64,000 nt of DNA from Chiloscyllium plagiosum. Taxonomy: Eukaryota. The position numbers and the translations under genes were made by a program. Under the pieces are notes generated by a model. It made no database searches and was not told where the DNA came from. It worked only from the letters and a program-made list of their open reading frames with translations. Shown one piece after another: positions 57,943 through 64,000 of the stretch (position 1 is the stretch's first letter; every line of letters starts with the position of its first letter). The DNA is taken from positions 5,634,971-5,698,970 of the forward strand of contig NC_057752.1 of NCBI RefSeq assembly GCF_004010195.1. The letters run 5' to 3'.

Positions 57943-59739
57943 ACTCATAATCTACCTGACAGTGGATATTCACCTCTTCAAAGATCAACCTCCCTCAGTA
58001 TTAAATACAACCAAGATGCTTTTCCTCAGACCTGTATCAGAATCCTTGTTCTAACTGAGGTGAAAACAAAGTAGTTTTGGTTTAGATATTGGGCTGATCT
58101 TGATTCAAACACATGGAACTCAGAGCCAGATTCAAACATTGCAATGAAAGTTGATGGTAAAAGTGGAAGCTCGACTCCTGTCTACTAATTTTGTTGGTTG
58201 GGCTTTTGTTTGTATCTCTTGTTGTGGAAGAGGCTGCCACTTGACAAGAAGTTGGAACGTTCCCTGACCAAACCAGTCCAACTAGGATTCGGCTTAAATT
58301 TATGTGCCTTTTTTAAGGAATGATGAGTTAAGATTGTTGCCAAAGTTTAATATAGCTCATATTCAGTAATCTAGGTAAAAGCTAAATGGTTAAGAATTGA
58401 GCCCATCCCAAGTCTTCTCGATTCATCTCTTCTGTAGGCTTCAACACTCTGTATCTCAGCTAAGCCCAAAAAGAAATTTGCCTGGTTAGTGCTGTGGCAA
58501 TATCGCCACTTGTCATGATCTCTCAACCTACTCCTGGGGGCTTTAATGGATGCGAAAGCAATAACAACTAAATTTGGATGACGATCAAAGCATGATAATT
58601 TTATCCATAAAAGGTCATTGTGGTCCAACCATTTCCTCAATGGAGGCAACAGTCCACTTTGCTACAGGACTGAGATTGTCTATAAAGCACCCATCTCACA
58701 ATAAAATGCCTTGTCTGTGGATGGGAAACATATGCCACATGTGACACATCATTAGATTCCTGAGTGTGGTTTCTGGTAACTGCAGAGATGATAACTGCTC
58801 TGGGAAATTTGTCAGAAGCATTACGAAATGAAACAAATCAAGAGGGTCATAGAAAGCACCCAAAAGTAAAGATTTTGTAGGTCTTCATTTTATAGAATAA
58901 TAATTATGAGACTCAATTATAGACTCAGTAATTCAATAGATATCATTGTGATAGGTTTGCTGTTTTCTGTGCAAACATTTTTTTCAAATGTATCTTTAAT
59001 TCAGCAGAATTGCCCTGCAGCACATGTGGTTGGATTGTTGAGTCATGGTTGCATATGATAAGATGTTAAACCTATCATTATGGGATGCCCGCATTTTCCA
59101 TCATAATCATAACACACATCTGGTATGACTTAGTGGCAAGCATGGGGAAATGTTAATTCGTCACAATAACTGTACATTATCCATGAGGTGAGGTTTACCG
59201 GTGTGGTCTAATTAATATCAAGGTGAGGAAATGAGCCTGGCCGTTAGTCATTATTAATTTTTGTAGAATCAGAGTTGCTGCACCTGTGCTATACCAATTT
59301 GGAGCAAAAGTACTGTGAGTGATGCAGGTCTTGTCAATATATATAAGATCACATCCACCTCTGAAGCATGTGCTGGGAGATGTTGATGGTATTTGATCTT
59401 ATAACCCAGATTTTACAGTGAAATGACAATTAATGACTGTTGTTATGGCACTGAAACTGATAGAAACCTTGGGAGCCTGTATGCACATGGATTAATGCAG
59501 AAATCCAGAAGCTGTTATCAATGAGTCTGTGATCCTCCATAGAGTGCGCTGGAGATATTCCTACAGACTGCAACTTTCATTACAAAGTGATTTACAAGAA
59601 TTTGAATGTGATTTTTCTGGGTGTTTTTCTTCTCAAAAAAAAATCCTGGGATTAAGTTACACCTTTTTTAGATGAGGTGTAACTGGGTTTTTAGTCATGT
59701 ACCAACTTTATGTTCCAACTTTTAGTCATGTACCAACAA

Positions 59740-60058
59740 GTGGTAAGCACTGCTGCCTCACAGCGCCAGAGACCCGGGTTCAATTCCCGCCTCAGGTGAC
59801 TGACTGTGTGGAGTTCGCACATTCTCTCCGTGTCTGCGTGGGTTTCCTCCGGGTGCTCCGGTTTCCTCCCACAGTCCAAAGATGTGCAGGTCAGGTGAAT
59901 TGGCCATGCTAAATTGCCCACAGTGTTAGGTGAAGGGGTAAATGTAGGGGTATGGGTAGGTTGCGCTTCGGTGTGGACTTGTTGGGCCGAAGGGCCTGTT
60001 TCCACACTGTAAGTAATCTAATCTAATCTAATCTAATCTAATCTAATCTAATCTAATC
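59740..60058 (+). mobile_element. HE1-type V-SINE with a (TAATC)9 tail
   Basis: Well-preserved B box and V-domain. Tail 60014-60058. Confidence 0.93.
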
Positions 60059-60334
60059 AACTTCATAAATTGATAGTCTGAAAAACTTATTGAATGTTTG
60101 CATAATGTTAACTTTCTCTACAATGATTAAAAATTCCAAACTTTTAAAAATGTAATTTGTTCTTTCAAAGGCCAGTTTAGCTCTTATAATATTGATCTGA
60201 AAACTTAAATTCTAAGTGAAGGTTTTTTAAGTTCCTTTAGCTTTATGTTTTGCCATCTGTGAGAATACTTCAATCTGATTGATCATCTTGCTGCTTGATG
60301 ACATAATTGCTGCTGTGCTTCAAGACATTGCCAT

Positions 60335-60571
60335 TGAAATAACTCCCCAGAGGCCAGTATCCTGTTACCAAGTCACCCTTTATTTACAGGTGGAAAGACT
60401 TTGACACTGATCTAACTTCCTCAAAGCCAGCTTTCTGAGTGAACAGAACCTCTGACCCTCCTGTTTATATCTGTCAGCCAAGGTTCCCTGATTTGACCAG
60501 GTTAACAGCCTCAATCAGGGAACTCATATTCTATGAGTTTCCCCCTGGCTGACCTCGTTACAATCACTACA
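60335..60571 (-). mobile_element. Solo LTR, family 2 (237 bp)
   Basis: TG...CA termini (TGAAAT...ACTACA), minus-strand AATAAA, and a 5-bp TSD GCCAT / GTCAT (60330-60334 / 60572-60576). Confidence 0.75.
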
Positions 60572-61499
60572 GTCATGATTTGGCACCCAATTTGAACTGG
60601 CTTTGGAAAAGGAGTAATTGCCACCACAGAGGTTGTTAGAGCTTTGTGGGAATCTTTCTTGCTTTGCTACTGACCTCAAAATCTAGACTATTCTATCTCA
60701 TTGAGATGCAAATAGAGTTTGTGCATATCTATTCCATTATCCTTGGAATTACACTAGTTAGCTGACGTTTAGTTAATCTGAGGCAGATCTGAGTGAGGAA
60801 AATATCACAATGGTGCTATGATGGTTCAAGCAAAAACTGGTATGAAACCACTAGCTATTTAGCATATATAATTGAGGACAGTGGACATTAATTAGGGATT
60901 TGCTGTGCACCAATAAATACAAGCGGATTTAAACTGGGGTTGGTAGGTTAGGAGATTTATGTTTATATTATGAATCTCTATTAATAAAGGCTTATAAAAG
61001 TGTGTAAAGATTTGCTGCAGTTCTATCTTTTGCTATCAAGTGCTTCCAAATTGAACATTGGACACTTGATCTCCTGCAATATTTTATGTCTCCTCTACCC
61101 ACCCCCTATTCTCGCATTGCTGTGTTGCACCCTAGACTTCCCTGCAAACGTTGGGCACCAAAAGGGATCGATACAGCAATTATTTTTAACATCATGCTGG
61201 ACAGCCTCAATGAATGACACATCTTATCATACAGTGAAATATCAATTAAAGATTTAGGCAGAATTTGAGAAGTGATTGAAATCACCTCCAAGCCACATCA
61301 CAAGCGATTGTAAGATATTTAACATTTGAATGTAGCTACTATTATTAGAGAGCAGAGAAGAGGAGACAACAAATTACAGTTACCACCTCTGTTAAAATGG
61401 ATGACATATAAACTGTTGGTCAGTTATCCCATCAAAAATAATTTCCGGCCAAATTTTTTAAATTTTCAGTGAAATGCATAGTATTCAAATTAACCAGAC

Positions 61500-61765
61500 A
61501 ATTAACCACTCCTGCCTCACAGCACCAGGGCCTCTGGTTCGATTCCAGCCTCGGGTGACTGTCTGTGTGGGTTTCCTCCGGGTGCTCCGGTTTCCTCCCA
61601 CAATCCAAAGATGTGGCGGTTAGGTGAATTGGCCAGGCTAAATTGCCCAGTGTTAGGTGCATTAGTCAGAGGGAAAGGGGTCTGGGTGGGTTACTCTTCA
61701 GAGGGTCAGTGTGGACTTGTTGGGCCAAATGATCTGTTTCCATACTGTAGGGAATCTAATCTAAT
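61500..61765 (+). mobile_element. HE1-type V-SINE (internal deletion)
   Basis: GGTTCGATTCC, V-domain and GGGAATCTAATCTAAT tail. Confidence 0.9.
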
Positions 61766-62131
61766 ATAACTGAGCTGGAGAAAAGAGCGTAAAATCACAA
61801 GCCTTAAATAACATTTGAAAGGGAAAGGATTTATTCTTTCTTATGGGATAGTTATGTGGAATTAATTCTAATTACTAAATCCAAACCTTCAAGGCAGATT
61901 AAAAATTCAGTACTGGGAGATTTTTTAAAAATTGAGAATTAAAGACAGGAAAGAACTCACTTTATTTTCCAGTGATCAGCACTCAAACAGATAGTCATTG
62001 ATCAGGGCCTCGGCTGAATTGACTGCTTTGGTTACAAAGTCAGGGTCAGCACCAAACTCTTCATGAAGATTCTTGAAGCAGTAAGGTCTTTATATTAGGA
62101 GTGACGGAATCATTTAATATTTAAGACTCCA

Positions 62132-62763
62132 TGTTCTTATGGACCAGACTAGACCATACCCCTTCAAAATATATTAAGAAGGTAGCTTACGCCTTATCTT
62201 TTTCTTATTTTAAAGATAAATGTGAGGATCTGTATTTCAGATGCAATTCAGTTGGTCAAACTATTCAACGTTAAGCAAAATACAATTTATTCAAACACTA
62301 TAGTCAACAAAAGAAAGAGGAACTTGGAATAACAACTCTATTGGAAAACTTAACAGAATAATAGATTATTTCACTACTAAACAGTAACTGTTCCAATATA
62401 GTAACATCCCATAAACACATCCTTAGCAAAAGGGAAATTTCAAAAGCAGATTGTCTGGCATGCAGTTCTCCAATCCAGGAGAAAAGAACATCAAAAGACG
62501 ATTTGGAGAAAAACCTCAGAGAGAGAGAGAATGTAGCAGGGGGAGAGATTCACTACCTTCCAACCCTGCTGAGACCCCAGCACCAAATGCTGAGAGAGCT
62601 TGACATACCCACTCAGGCTGCTTCTATTGTTCCAACCTTTAAAAATAAACCCAAGGCCTCATAAATTGTTTATCTTCTCACAGACTGCTCATCACTTGTC
62701 CCCTAGTCTCTCTCAAAATGAAACCAGCCAAAATGCACTTCTTAAAGCCCCAACATCATCACA
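62132..62763 (-). mobile_element. Solo LTR, family 1
   Basis: Reverse complement is collinear with 27147-27785 (TTATGGACCAG...CTTAAAGCC...CATCACA). Confidence 0.8.
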
Positions 62764-64000
62764 ACACAGTGAATTGCTTTAAACATTTGTAATTCAATGG
62801 CTGTGATTTAAAGTTCAATCTAGAAATCTAGAAGGTTAGCACCAGAAATTGACAAATTGGCATAAAACTCCAGCTGGTTGATTAATGTTCTTCGGACTAA
62901 GTAACCTGACATCCCTAATCAGTCTGGGCCTCCAAGCAACTTCAGTCCCACATGGTGGAATCCTAGTGTCTTCAGGGCAACCAGAGATGGACAGCAAAAG
63001 TGCTGTTGTTTGAAATAGCTTGAATCCTCTTTTTTTAAGAGTTTTAAATGAGTCCTGTGGTTTCCAGCTGTGGCTTGCAATTGGAATGGGATGGGGTGCA
63101 GGGGACATGCAGAGATGGAGGGGACGAAAGTTCATCCTCATGGCTCCAGATGCACGCACATTGGCGTTAAGGACTAAATTACACCCCACTTAAAATAAGG
63201 GAGAGTCGCTTTTGTTTTCTAAATTCCCTGTTTGCTGCATTAAAGGCTCTTTTGGAACTCATCTGTGTTTGTGGTTTAAACTGGAAATTCTAAGCCTGGG
63301 TGGCAGTTACTACTGACCCACCCAACACACATATGTCTATACTTTTGGGAAGCCATTACTGCCAGTATGATGCTCAGCAGAAACTGAGAGCAATCCAGCA
63401 ACAATTGGCAAAAGATATTAACCTGTCCAGAGTTCTCCATTCGCCACCCACCCCAACCAGTTCTTTGTGCAGACATACATAAAGTCTGAACACAGCACTC
63501 AAACTGCTCATTTCTTACATCCACTATAGTATGGGTTTTGAGCTTTGGTGAGCTTTATCTTACCTTGGCACACCAGCATATATAATGCATTTCATCAGGT
63601 CATTTCACTGAACCATTTCACAAAGTTGGTATGTTGGACTCATGCTTGACAAGCAAATGTTTTCAATTTGAATCATGTTTTTCACATAAGACAATGTTTC
63701 TTCTGTAATTAATTATGTAGGGGATAAATTGCCCCTTTATAGGTCCAACAGACTCTCCATCTCATCAAATGGAAGGATTTTTGCGTATTGGGTCAATGTA
63801 TTTTTTCTCTCTCTGCAACATTAATCAATACCAGAAACTGAAATAAATTAATATAATGTAACTCATGCATTAGGCATGGAACATGGGTCTGGTACTGATT
63901 AAATCTAGCAGGTCCAGCCACCAACTCTGAAGTGATGAGCTTCAACAATTTAGACATTCAACTTCATGCTAATTTTTTCCATAAAAATCTAGTTAGTAAT

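Noticed and set aside
59689..59737. 18-bp direct repeat TTTTAGTCATGTACCAAC as the SINE TSD
   Set aside because: Both copies lie 5' of the SINE, so it is a local tandem duplication rather than a TSD.
60014..60058. (TAATC)9 as a telomere-like or CRISPR-like array
   Set aside because: It is the ordinary HE1 SINE tail, with no spacers. No CRISPR or other prokaryotic system is evident anywhere in the window.

Overview
This is eukaryotic, repeat-dominated DNA, almost certainly from a shark or other elasmobranch. The evidence is HE1-type V-SINEs with (TAATC)n tails, HER1/CR1 LINEs and Deu-domain (SacSINE1-like) SINEs. It has two assembly gaps (10012-10509 and 30626-31181). No intact, recognisable host gene is present. 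The ORF-track entries I could assign are decayed transposon fragments (CR1 esterase/EN/RT, Penelope RT and GIY-YIG, Tx1 ORF2, Gypsy protease/RT, Harbinger Myb/SANT); the rest look like chance ORFs. The most structured signal is a set of about 12 Penelope-like (PLE) insertions carrying minimal hammerhead-ribozyme motifs. Eight have readable 11-15 bp target-site duplications (TSDs), and they share a recurring 'tailed arm / tail-less arm' inverted architecture. Some are ~90-130 bp mini-insertions that begin right at the ribozyme. Unique sequence includes a CpG-rich, E2F-site-containing promoter candidate at ~10.8-11.2 kb and an enhancer-like block at ~47.8-48.7 kb. There are also speculative minus-strand exons, and all eight HE1 SINEs lie on the plus strand. 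Family names come from recognised motifs, not database searches. Coordinates not anchored by a TSD are approximate.
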